From positions 64,001 through 128,000 of the IMG/VR virus record IMGVR_UViG_3300021387_001774: a stretch of 64,000 bases of DNA. One strand, written 5' to 3'. A program made the translations under genes and the position numbers. The notes under the pieces were generated by a model. The model ran no database searches and had not been told where the DNA came from. It saw nothing but the letters and a program-made list of their open reading frames with translations. The stretch is from a virus. Taxonomy: Duplodnaviria; Caudoviricetes. Below are positions 21,601 through 30,929 of the stretch, piece by piece. Positions within the stretch are counted from its first letter, which is position 1. Each line of letters begins with the position of its first letter.

Positions 21601-24600
21601 GTAGGATGTATATAATAATCAACTCCTTTCTGAGGTCCTTCTGCTTTTTCTTCTGGAGTTAATGGAGTATAAGTATCTGTAACTTTAAAATCACCGTTCT
21701 CTTTTTCAGCTTTAACATATTCTACACCAGAATCCTCTATACGTTTATGGAAATATGTTTTCTGATATCCAAATGTATTATCATTCTTGAAATGATACAA
21801 TAATCTGTAAGGTACATAATAATCCTTAGTAATATCAAACGCATAAAGTGTTTCACCACCAATACCAGCATCAGCATATGGAATACCAGTATCAGGATCT
21901 GGTTGATCTAGTTTTATATAATAACCTACACCATCTACAGGATTTGGAGTTTCGTCTTTATTTATTTTCACAAATTCGAAACCAAGATTAAAATCATCAT
22001 CTGCACATGGAGTGTATGTATTAGCTATTGTATAGAAGTTATTTATATCATCGATTACTGTTGTACCTTCTCTATAATAATCAACCAATACATAGTTAGT
22101 TCCTTCAGCATTAGCTGCATAGAGAGGTTTACCTTCTCTTTCTTCTACAGGAACCGAAGAAAATTCAACAAGATCACCAATAAAGTATTCAGAAGGAACA
22201 AAAGTACGAGAATCATAACCTACAGTTTTAGCTTCAGGTTCAATATGATCGTAGTATTCTTTATCTGGAAGTTCTTTTGCTACATAATATTCTACACCAT
22301 CTTGAATACCTTGAGCTTTAGTTTCAGAATCGATCTGATTATACTTTGGTGTAAGTACAAAGTCATCAGGATTATCTACACTGGCTTTAACCATTTCCTT
22401 TCTTGTTTCTGAACCACCACCTTCTACTAATTTATAGATTTCTTCCTTTTCTACTTTGAAAGTCTGTGGATTGACTTCATATAATCCAAATCCTTCTTGG
22501 AAATCAGCTATATCTATTGTAGAATCTAATAATTCGCTAGTTTCAATTAATATATAATCACCGGAGTCATTATCATAGGAAGCATATTGTTTATTTGGAT
22601 CAATTACATCTAACGTCAAAGGATATGGTCCAAGTTCAGTAAAACTAATAGGATTTTTCAATTCTTCATCAGTATATGGTTCATATTCTGTATCAGAAAC
22701 TTTCTTATAGTATACGACATCACTCCGTGGTCCATTATCATACTCTTCTTGAGAAAGGTTTTCATAAACATCAAAGTTTTCAACAACCTCTTTTTCAAGA
22801 TAGTATTCAATATCAGGATTATATCCTTCAATCATTTCTGAACCATCTACTTTATCATAATAAGCTTCTGATTTAGTAATTTCTTCGGAAGTAACACTAT
22901 TATTTTGAATAACAAGAAGATTTCCTGCACCAAGAATTTCATTACAATCTTCAGAGCGCATTTGATTAATGATATTGAAGTTCTCATCCAGTTTGAAAAT
23001 ATAATCTTGATTTGTAGCAAAATAGTAATAACCATTTACATACACAAGATTTCTAATTTCATTATCTGGATTATTAGGAATAAAGAATAACTTACCATTA
23101 GCAACCTTTAAGAAGCAATTAATCTTAGGAAGTTCTTCTTCAACATGTACAAGCTTATGAATCTTAGAAGGATCCATCATAAATCCTTCAGTAGCTACAG
23201 CAAGTGTATAATCCAAATACTTACCATCATTAGCAAACTCTACATATCCATAATTCATATCAGGATTGTATACACCATGTTTATCGATATTATTGAATGA
23301 TGTTACTTTACCTATAAACCATGAACCAATTACACCAAATGTAGTACCAATACATCCATAATAATCGATATTAGGATCAGGACCATTCATCTTTTCTTCT
23401 ACTGAACACAAGTGTAATGACTTTATACTTGGATAGAAATATTTAGTTCCTTCTACATAACCTGCAGCCAATTCTTCAGGAGTTAATAATACATATTTAT
23501 CTACAATTCCAGTACTATCAGAATTATCATTTACGAGATTAGAAAGCTTACTCATATAATATGATTTATATGTAGTATTACGATTATTTATGACTTTTGT
23601 CGTTGTATATTCTACAGGATGTACTGTATTTGTATTTAAATCATAATAATAGTTTCCACCTTCATAAACTGTAAAGTAAATCTTATTCTCAAAAATAAGT
23701 GCATCGGAGATATCATAATCTTTCATAGCACTTACAATTTTGAAATTAGCAAACTTCATTGATGGATCATTAGGATTGTCTGTATACAACATCTTATGAC
23801 CATATCTAAAGAAGTAATACCTATTCTCTATAGGATTATGAAGTACTTTGAATTCTTCTTGGAAATTACGTTTATTTGTATAATCGAGAGCTCTTTCTAC
23901 CTTAGTAAGTTCATTATCAAGAGCAGGATTATCATATGTAAAATACTTATTGTCTTGGAAAATAACTTTAAGGGTATTAAAGTTTCCTCCATTAGTCATA
24001 GCAACACTTTCTCCATAAGAAATCTTACCATTATCCAAATTAGTAGAGAAATCTTTACGAATAGCTATAACATTTGTCTTATCAAATGTTTCAAATAATT
24101 TACACCAAGAACCACCAACTACACCAGTTCTCTCTACAACAAATGATTGTGTATTCATTTTACATACACCAACATCCGTCGCAAGATACACAATTTTACC
24201 GTTTACTATAGCATCATAACAAACATTAAAGAGATTATTCTGATTAATCTTTTCAGTAAATGAATCACCAGAAAGTTTATCTCTAGAATTAAATCTATAG
24301 ATACCATCTGATTTTAAAATCAAGATATCATAATCTGTGACTTTAACTACTTTATAAATAATAGAATTGTGTTCTACTATTGGAGTAAGCAGAATATCTG
24401 CATCTTGTGTATAAGAGTTATCGTTTATATCAGTAAATGATTCATCGTTAGTGAATGTATTTTCTACAGTTTCACTAGATATTTCAGTACCGTATTTAAA
24501 CTGAGAAGGTACAACTTTTGATTTAGAGAATGAATTCTCTACAGCAAACATATTTTCATTCTTAGCCATAAGACTAAGATCACCAACGAATGAAGGATCA

Positions 24601-25916
24601 GAAATATCAACAACAGTTTCACCCTTAGTATACTTAACAGGATCACCATTATCATACTTCTTATTAAGTTTTACACCTTCAAGGTAATTCTTCTTAACTT
24701 CTGTATCAGTATTAGAAATAATAAATCCAGATACAATATCCATAAGTTCATTCATTTTGACTTCATCAGGATTGTATATAGATTGCACATACTTTTCTTC
24801 ACCGATATTAGAAATTTCAGAATAAAACTGTTTTTCTTTTGAATCAGTTTCAAAATCCTTAAGTTCATCAGATCTAGCATTAAGAATAGAATTAGTTTCT
24901 GTTTTCTCAGAAGTCTTCTGATTTATATCATAAATATTATCGTCAGCATGCTCAAAATAAGCAACATCCTTATTATCATGATACATGAGACCTCTAGCAA
25001 ATTCAGAAATACCTTTCTTAACTTCATGATCATTGAATTTCTTAGAACTTGTTAAGAAGTAACCTTCTCTACCAGATTCTGTATTAGAAGGAATATTTGT
25101 CTTTACTTTAATATAGACATTGCCATTCTTTATATCACTTCTAGAAAGAAGCGTATTAAGAATCATATCGAAGTCATAAGTATTTATATCGAATTCTTTT
25201 CTATTGTTATATGTCTCTGAAAGAACTTTAAGATTAAATGGAGATTCTTTTGATTGATATTTAACGATAATGTTATAACCAAAATCACCATTCTTACCAA
25301 GAGATAACCATGTAATACCTTTAGAAGTATACAAGAAGATATCGAGAATAAGATTAGAGTTTATATAATCTTCGTTAGTAAAACCTTCATAAGTATTTAC
25401 TTTAGTAATATGAAGAATGTTATCCAGTTCAGTTATAAGTGATTTATCAGAAATCTTTCCACCAAACCATCTTATACCTAACTCAGAAGCAAGCATATTA
25501 ATACTTCTATCCCAATCTTCTACCGCATTAGTATCTACTTTATTAGAAATAACATTATCCGTTACACAACTATGATTAAAGAGATTTGATTCATAAGGTG
25601 TAACGAATGTAGTAATCTTATTCTGGAAATTCTCTATAGCATCATTAAGACGTTCAGTAATATGAGAATCTACATCAATTTTAAAATGATCTAATACATA
25701 TTTAAAATGCTTAGTACGTTCATAAATAGTCAAAAGATTAACTTTCATTGCATTACGAGTATCAGTAATCTTTTGAAAGTTAGAATCGATCAATTCAGAG
25801 AGTTTATTAAAATATTCTATTAACTCATTAAGTGTCGTCAATACATTATTTCTTGACGCTAACTTGGTTAATGGGGCTCTATAGAACTCTCCTTTAAGTT
25901 TATCATTAATAACCAT
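18696..25916 (-). CDS. Giant tail-fibre/adhesin-like virion protein (2406 aa) with nested repeat modules
   Basis: Propeller-like region, many Y-x-x-L...P-x-x-G-x-x-YY and F-x-x-D-x-x-YY modules, late promoter at 25957-25968. Confidence 0.6.
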   Translation of the reverse strand: MVINDKLKGEFYRAPLTKLASRNNVLTTLNELIEYFNKLSELIDSNFQKITDTRNAMKVNLLTIYERTKHFKYVLDHFKIDVDSHITERLNDAIENFQNKITTFVTPYESNLFNHSCVTDNVISNKVDTNAVEDWDRSINMLASELGIRWFGGKISDKSLITELDNILHITKVNTYEGFTNEDYINSNLILDIFLYTSKGITWLSLGKNGDFGYNIIVKYQSKESPFNLKVLSETYNNRKEFDINTYDFDMILNTLLSRSDIKNGNVYIKVKTNIPSNTESGREGYFLTSSKKFNDHEVKKGISEFARGLMYHDNKDVAYFEHADDNIYDINQKTSEKTETNSILNARSDELKDFETDSKEKQFYSEISNIGEEKYVQSIYNPDEVKMNELMDIVSGFIISNTDTEVKKNYLEGVKLNKKYDNGDPVKYTKGETVVDISDPSFVGDLSLMAKNENMFAVENSFSKSKVVPSQFKYGTEISSETVENTFTNDESFTDINDNSYTQDADILLTPIVEHNSIIYKVVKVTDYDILILKSDGIYRFNSRDKLSGDSFTEKINQNNLFNVCYDAIVNGKIVYLATDVGVCKMNTQSFVVERTGVVGGSWCKLFETFDKTNVIAIRKDFSTNLDNGKISYGESVAMTNGGNFNTLKVIFQDNKYFTYDNPALDNELTKVERALDYTNKRNFQEEFKVLHNPIENRYYFFRYGHKMLYTDNPNDPSMKFANFKIVSAMKDYDISDALIFENKIYFTVYEGGNYYYDLNTNTVHPVEYTTTKVINNRNTTYKSYYMSKLSNLVNDNSDSTGIVDKYVLLTPEELAAGYVEGTKYFYPSIKSLHLCSVEEKMNGPDPNIDYYGCIGTTFGVIGSWFIGKVTSFNNIDKHGVYNPDMNYGYVEFANDGKYLDYTLAVATEGFMMDPSKIHKLVHVEEELPKINCFLKVANGKLFFIPNNPDNEIRNLVYVNGYYYFATNQDYIFKLDENFNIINQMRSEDCNEILGAGNLLVIQNNSVTSEEITKSEAYYDKVDGSEMIEGYNPDIEYYLEKEVVENFDVYENLSQEEYDNGPRSDVVYYKKVSDTEYEPYTDEELKNPISFTELGPYPLTLDVIDPNKQYASYDNDSGDYILIETSELLDSTIDIADFQEGFGLYEVNPQTFKVEKEEIYKLVEGGGSETRKEMVKASVDNPDDFVLTPKYNQIDSETKAQGIQDGVEYYVAKELPDKEYYDHIEPEAKTVGYDSRTFVPSEYFIGDLVEFSSVPVEEREGKPLYAANAEGTNYVLVDYYREGTTVIDDINNFYTIANTYTPCADDDFNLGFEFVKINKDETPNPVDGVGYYIKLDQPDPDTGIPYADAGIGGETLYAFDITKDYYVPYRLLYHFKNDNTFGYQKTYFHKRIEDSGVEYVKAEKENGDFKVTDTYTPLTPEEKAEGPQKGVDYYIHPTVMKDVFNKLLDKSSGKQPGVEYYKMNGTPTESYVPLTQEEINNGPQEGDVYYIFDGGIWIEKPYDSLEDGTDNNKIFSDGYTYNKKVYDYSGVEYVLCTDEDFINTLYTQVNIDEATVTPDTVGNFYIHRQNRYEQADEDDFDKTNIRFSETADTTPNIDKINNGKYFVCYGDTSNNDDYTAISLKDLVDDPDAHLIVTEYESNVFDYYTTDENDDEILASTDNGYLLNPEPGVITFVEGKEYYLKKNFDPSITYYESTYDLAFRTIDSWIGAYYTQNPDGKENDFKPDMDYYTKSQVGEINTNEYVKATFGSKLIHTLVSGDSLCSGRDIYSGKTYTYLKTKTETGMNMYRFEEGVDEPVLLFSVNVGGDSELEYSNGKLFVFDDGLIIDYLKNEDQTWAPITLIPNNEDTVHEVYMFGDNVFFSNQITKDGPDKNKFQIYYYDYSTRDLKKCTDIAPSINSPTFDDNYNKKYSNIDSDTTIISIDYTETEAPHQKTEVYMFNKKFNKIEGTLNQYTSTYRYSGFKGISDPDVIDCTEKDFIKINGFDDPTVFDYKDLIETKDGINTGCLILHCITTNTQDYTMSGKSIFYTLNNSNQLIMLPKEYSDSLPDSIIFAYKDEINRCFLAYKNSENNINFVYYDSPNENDTIDTPKLQKFYSFNINSDNPTADDQDPSIPMHELTYGFSRYVGKYTINNNDYIRFVIKYDIMETDPSSQLMSSTGSRFAIFNLNISGSLANDRSVLKYGVNNFDEDGKISNLFKYVDIEDNYIDASIDDNTHKIYDYDYKLNNFDKPILSIDKTLHERNYYLMLVKENDNKIQVYKNENGIITPTGNYIEPIEGVLEFTDSTYFEITSTNGTLEDFVILVDEEYMIKLGGEFDPDKDYFLKETTYDFFSDIPYFLKSMMVNFKLELEYFTKRIRTIIQDVISHARSYTSTDKTSKLFHKSLIKIKDNSLKVLMNVLTK

Positions 25917-25990
25917 AAAATACTCCTTATGGATAATATTTAAATGAATTTACGTATATTATCTTGTCATTTTTATTAATGTTTATGTAT

Positions 25991-26152
25991 TTTATAACTA
26001 CTGTTAAACCTGACCTCTTAATTATATATTATATTAATGAAGTAGGTCGTATGACTGAAACATAATAATTATAAGAGGGATAATAAGAGAAATAAAACCC
26101 CACCTCAGAGAAGAGGTCTACCGAAAGGAGATATAAACACAAGGGAAGAACT
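25991..26152 (+). repeat. Family-1 promoter plus structured 5' leader, copy B
   Basis: Near-identical to 9438-9603, with compensatory changes in the first hairpin. Confidence 0.9.
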
Positions 26153-26452
26153 ATGGAAAAAACATATTCGATAATGCCGAATGGTATTAAAATACAGGAT
26201 GACCTGTTACCCATGTTATCATGGAGCAGGTGCTCCGGTGATGCCGGTTATAACGGCAGGTCATGGGACGGTTCAGAATCATGGACCGTCCTGGTTGAAG
26301 CACAATGCGGTGAAAACCGCATTGTAGCTTTGGGATATGAATCCCGAGATCCTGATGGAAATTGGGATGTCGGCGTATATCCCGACCACGGCATCTTCGT
26401 AGGTGAAGATGCCTACGAAGATGCCTGTGCTTGCTGGAGGTTCGATTGGTAA
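26153..26452 (+). CDS. Hypothetical acidic, Trp/Cys-rich cargo protein of cassette B
   Basis: ATG immediately after the conserved leader; GC visibly much higher than the genome background. Confidence 0.8.
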   Translation: MEKTYSIMPNGIKIQDDLLPMLSWSRCSGDAGYNGRSWDGSESWTVLVEAQCGENRIVALGYESRDPDGNWDVGVYPDHGIFVGEDAYEDACACWRFDW

Positions 26453-26464
26453 GCATAGGTTAAA

Positions 26465-26519
26465 ACAGTAAAACTCCATAAGGAGTTTTCTGTACCGGAT
26501 TGCTACGGTTTCTTTTTTT
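26465..26519 (+). terminator. Family-1 double-hairpin 3' trailer/terminator, copy B
   Basis: acagtaaaactcc/ggagttttctgt, then accg/cggt, then a T-tract. Confidence 0.8.
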
Positions 26520-26614
26520 AATTATATATTATATTAATGAAGTACGTTATACTTATTATTAATATTAATTGAAGTAGAGATGATACTACTATAAACATAA
26601 GGGAGAAAAGAAAT
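26518..26614 (+). repeat. Family-2 promoter plus structured 5' leader, copy 2
   Basis: Shares gaagtagagatgatactactataaacataagg with the 18047 copy. Confidence 0.9.
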
Positions 26615-27439
26615 ATGAGCAACGTTTGTGACTGTTGTAAAAAAGGAAAACCTTGGATTACAATTAAAGAATACCAAGGAGAATGTAGAGGTTCTACAGA
26701 AGTACATTTATGTAGCGATTGCTATAAAAATACTCCACAAATAGAATCAGAAAAGTATAATGATCCTGAAATGAATTATCCTAGAGATGATTCAATTTAT
26801 TCTTGTGATTATGAAAAATGGAGGTCAAGTATGATTATTCTCACATCGATTAAACGTTTACGTGGTGAAAAACCAAACAGACGTAAACCAACTACTAAAC
26901 CAAACTATAGAGAGTTTGAAGTTTTCCTTGACAAAATTGTATCCTATGCTATACAGAGTTTGAATCATTTTAGAACAAATGATTATCTCGAAGATCTAGG
27001 TTTTGGTAGATATAGATATTCGACAAAATTTCAATATGTATATACCGCTTATAATAAAAAGCCTGGAGAAAAAATTCACAGTTTAACATACCGCAATTTG
27101 TTTGCAGCATTGTATGAATCATTAGAAGGCTACGAAACTGAATATAAATTTCTTGAGTATGATAAAGATGATCCATTTAGTGATGCACGTTATTCTTCTG
27201 GTAATCGACTTGAAGAAATTGTTAAGACTATCGAAACCATTTATAAAGATTTACGAGACAAAGAATTGATTGATCCAATATTTGTATTAAATAAAAGATT
27301 TGGATTAAAAAATATTTGCTCTAATATTTTGAATAAATACGGTTTTTACAATATCGGTATAGTTAAACATGAAGACTTAACAATGGATATAATCTTCTAT
27401 TGTAAGTACGATGAACTCAAAAAAGTTTGGGAAAAGTAA
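26615..27439 (+). CDS. Hypothetical early protein with N-terminal Zn ribbon
   Basis: CDCC...HLCSDC at the N-terminus. Confidence 0.75.
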   Translation: MSNVCDCCKKGKPWITIKEYQGECRGSTEVHLCSDCYKNTPQIESEKYNDPEMNYPRDDSIYSCDYEKWRSSMIILTSIKRLRGEKPNRRKPTTKPNYREFEVFLDKIVSYAIQSLNHFRTNDYLEDLGFGRYRYSTKFQYVYTAYNKKPGEKIHSLTYRNLFAALYESLEGYETEYKFLEYDKDDPFSDARYSSGNRLEEIVKTIETIYKDLRDKELIDPIFVLNKRFGLKNICSNILNKYGFYNIGIVKHEDLTMDIIFYCKYDELKKVWEK

Positions 27440-27441
27440 AA

Positions 27442-27476
27442 TCCTGGGAGTCATATGACTCCCAGGTTTATTTTTT
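27442..27476. terminator. Bidirectional terminator (cctgggag/ctcccagg family)
   Basis: Same stem at 51833-51871 and 61879-61905. Confidence 0.8.
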
Positions 27477-28628
27477 TTATTTTCCGTTTACGTAAACTTT
27501 TTCAGGTGCATTAATAGGATCTTCATAAGAATTATCCTTATTAAATGTCTTAATTTCATTAACCATAGGCTCAACAATAGATCCATCAACAGGACTGTAA
27601 AGTTGTGCAGGTGGCAATCTTTCAGACGTAACACCGTATGATTTGAGAGCTTCTGTACGAGCATCTTTGATTGATTGATCATAAATGTATTCGTTTGCAG
27701 CAGCCATCTTTGCATTCTGGCTGATTTCGATACCCTTAATAGTCTCTTTATCAGCATTCTGCAATTTCATCATAAAGTTTTCATACATGTAAGCAGGAAG
27801 CATCTGATCGAAGTAAGACTGACCAGCAAGACCTGTACCAGCAACAATGTACTTAGCAAGAATATTTACCTCAGGACCATCCTGGAAAATACCAGTAAAG
27901 TCGACCTGCTTATCAGAGATAGCAGTATCGGAACCAATTTCCTGAGATTCCCACTGAGAAGTACCATCACCAGATGTCGGCCATACTTCGTGCCAAATAC
28001 ATGCGTATTCGATATCTCCAGGACGACAAGTTGGTCCCATGAAGATATACATCAATGTACCACAGTAATTAGGACGAATAAATCTAAGATCACGTCCATA
28101 CATGTGGTGAATACCTGTAATTGGGTCAGTAATACCGTACATCCAATATCTCATCAACTTACCAAGACCATCACCAGTACATGTAACTGTACTCAATGAA
28201 ACAGTCTGGTTGTTCTGCTTGAGGTTACCTGGGAATGACATCGTTTGACCGTTTGCACCAAACGTGATGTCACCAGCAGCTGCAATTGTATTATCCTGAA
28301 GACCAGAAACACTCTTAACAGCATTCTCAAGGAAGAATTTAAGATATTTTACAGCAGTTTTATTAAAGAATGTTGGAACTTTGAGCCATTTAACGATAAA
28401 TCTACCAGCACGGATAGGTTCAAGAGCACCGATGTAATTCGGGTCGTTGGAACGAACACCATTCTGAGATAACAGGTTATCAAATACAGAAGATGCCATA
28501 CCAACGGTGGTGTTATCCCAACCGAAATCATCATGGTGCATACCATTGATACCACCAATACCGTAGTCACCTTTTTTACCTCTCAAGTTTCCACGTAACA
28601 TTCCATCCATTATTTCAGCATCAGCCAT
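27477..28628 (-). CDS. Probable tail tube protein
   Basis: Directly downstream of the sheath gene; GGAGG RBS; high-expression codon bias; YWMYGITDPITG segment reminiscent of jumbo-phage tube proteins. Confidence 0.65.
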   Translation of the reverse strand: MADAEIMDGMLRGNLRGKKGDYGIGGINGMHHDDFGWDNTTVGMASSVFDNLLSQNGVRSNDPNYIGALEPIRAGRFIVKWLKVPTFFNKTAVKYLKFFLENAVKSVSGLQDNTIAAAGDITFGANGQTMSFPGNLKQNNQTVSLSTVTCTGDGLGKLMRYWMYGITDPITGIHHMYGRDLRFIRPNYCGTLMYIFMGPTCRPGDIEYACIWHEVWPTSGDGTSQWESQEIGSDTAISDKQVDFTGIFQDGPEVNILAKYIVAGTGLAGQSYFDQMLPAYMYENFMMKLQNADKETIKGIEISQNAKMAAANEYIYDQSIKDARTEALKSYGVTSERLPPAQLYSPVDGSIVEPMVNEIKTFNKDNSYEDPINAPEKVYVNGK

Positions 28629-28643
28629 CTATTTCCTCCTATA

Positions 28644-30743
28644 TTAGCCTTGTCTGTCAGCAATAATCTTGACATTCCATGTCTCGAAGATATCTGGGAA
28701 CAAGACGGAAAGTTCACAAGTGGCCAAATTCAACAACTTATCACGATCTGTTTGATACAGATTGTAATTGATAATAATGTTATTTGGATACCTTGAAGAA
28801 AGAGTTCTTGTCAATTCAGCAGTTGCGTTAGCAATAGCTGTATCGGCACCCTTAGTATCAAATGTATACTTAACGAGAATAAGTTTTACAATACGACGAA
28901 GGTCATTTACTAAGATACCATTTCTGAACTCTGCGAGTTTAGAAATACGTTCTGTGTAAAGAGAAGAGTTACTATAGAAGTAAACATTCTTTCCAGTAAA
29001 GTTACCCTGAACAGGAGCACCAAGAGCCTTACCAAGATCAACAGCCCAATAAAGGTTATTTTGCTTAGCAAGTTTTTCCTGATATCCACGAGGCTTGGAT
29101 TCCTCTACTACCCAGTCGAAAATAGTCTTTCTTACACAACCCGGATCACCATTCTGCTGTGAAGCATAGATAGAGAACGGAGCTGTATTATAAAGTCTAG
29201 TAAGACCATATGCGAATTCGTATGTACCAGTAACTCTAACATTAGTTACTCTGTCTGCAGTAATACCACAGTGAGGAACAATAGCAAAGTTTTCACCACC
29301 GTCCATAGATTCAGCAAATGATCTAATCTGCTTAGCTACAGCGACAGCCTGTTCCAAATTTTCTGGGAAACCACAGTCAAATACACAACACATATCACGA
29401 CGATAGTTAATCATATTAGCCATCGCACGTTTTACATCCATATCATAATTTGCGTCGTATACGATACCAGCTGTACACTTAAGTACATCCATGAATGTAC
29501 CAGTATCAACATCACCAGCAAAGAACTTCTTCAAGAGACGATTTCTTTCAGCATGGAGATCTTCACCTGTAAGAGTATCAAGATCACCATCAGAACCACC
29601 CTGAAGGAAGTGATAGTTATTAAGATCCATAGAAGAATCTGCAATAACTACGTTATCAAAAAGGATACCCTCTTTACTTACACCATTGATGAAGTCGAAA
29701 TCATCAATGCTTGTAGGCCTAGACATTTCATAATCGGGGTCGATACCTTCTGTGATAATTGGTTCCTGTGAAAGAATTGCATTAATTTCATTCTTGAGAA
29801 CTTCATAGTTTTCAACATATGGTTCAATAGCAATTTGTTTTTCTCTTGGACCATCGAAGTTCTGATATATTTTCTGGAGAGATTCTGATGCAGTAATTGT
29901 TTTAGAAACAGTTGCATCAGGGTTGAAAGAGAATGAAAGTCCATTACCGTCAGAAAGAATATCTACACCAGATGTAGACTTCTTTACAAGGAACAACTGG
30001 TAACGACGACCATCACCTACTTTAGCATCTCTCAGCAAGTCATTTATAATTCTAATACCATAGTTCGTACCAGATTTACCAACAGAGTAGTAATTAGCGA
30101 AGAACAATGGGACCATCTTGAAACCTTCATCATCCGTAAGGATTGTTGAGAATTTCTGTTTGATCTGATTAATTGAAGAAAGTCTATTCATTTCATCTTC
30201 GGTAGCTGAAACGAATGCAACTTTAATTGCGATACCTGTTGTCGTAGCAGGTACAACTTCTTCTACATCGATTGTTTCTTCTTGTTGAGTATCTGGATTA
30301 ATCTGGGTCTGTTGAACAGTTCTTGTAACTGTTAATGGTATTTTATCACCATTCTCATCAAGAGCATATTCGCCGTATCCATCTCGTTTATACAACGGAA
30401 TATCTGTAACAGCCTTTACACCTACTTTAAGAGCAAGATGTGCTACTTTAGCATTTTCTGGTAAAAGGCGGCAGAGATAACAAGTTCCACCAGCATCAAA
30501 TACTTGGTTAACATTAAGGTTCTGTTGACCATAAGCATTAATATTTGCAAAGTCAGATCCGAACTCATTCAATACTTGATTGAATGAACTAACTTCAATA
30601 ATCTTGTTTGCTTTACCGTCTGAAGCAAAGACAGGATGGATTGAAGAAAGGATACCTAAAGAACTTGTGGAAGAAACGGTACGTATAGAGTTGTCTTGTA
30701 AGACAATGCTGCTAATACCGAAACCACTATCTTCTATTGCCAT
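28644..30743 (-). CDS. Tail sheath protein
   Basis: ~700 aa; N-terminal FG...YGQ...GG.CYLCRL, LQGGSDG and sheath-like C-terminus. Start moved to ATG 30743 on the AGGAGG RBS; late promoter at 30824-30835. Confidence 0.8.
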   Translation of the reverse strand: MAIEDSGFGISSIVLQDNSIRTVSSTSSLGILSSIHPVFASDGKANKIIEVSSFNQVLNEFGSDFANINAYGQQNLNVNQVFDAGGTCYLCRLLPENAKVAHLALKVGVKAVTDIPLYKRDGYGEYALDENGDKIPLTVTRTVQQTQINPDTQQEETIDVEEVVPATTTGIAIKVAFVSATEDEMNRLSSINQIKQKFSTILTDDEGFKMVPLFFANYYSVGKSGTNYGIRIINDLLRDAKVGDGRRYQLFLVKKSTSGVDILSDGNGLSFSFNPDATVSKTITASESLQKIYQNFDGPREKQIAIEPYVENYEVLKNEINAILSQEPIITEGIDPDYEMSRPTSIDDFDFINGVSKEGILFDNVVIADSSMDLNNYHFLQGGSDGDLDTLTGEDLHAERNRLLKKFFAGDVDTGTFMDVLKCTAGIVYDANYDMDVKRAMANMINYRRDMCCVFDCGFPENLEQAVAVAKQIRSFAESMDGGENFAIVPHCGITADRVTNVRVTGTYEFAYGLTRLYNTAPFSIYASQQNGDPGCVRKTIFDWVVEESKPRGYQEKLAKQNNLYWAVDLGKALGAPVQGNFTGKNVYFYSNSSLYTERISKLAEFRNGILVNDLRRIVKLILVKYTFDTKGADTAIANATAELTRTLSSRYPNNIIINYNLYQTDRDKLLNLATCELSVLFPDIFETWNVKIIADRQG

Positions 30744-30929
30744 AAGGTTCCTCCTAGCTAGGAAAAATTGAATATTCAATAAATCACACGATATTTTAGT
30801 ACCTGTGTAATTGACATTTAGTATATTAATATGTTTTATCGGTCCGTTTTTAGCTTCTTTTTATTTATATATTATATTTATAGATACATAACAAGTTTAT
30901 GTATACTAAAAGTTTATAGGTGGGTTACT

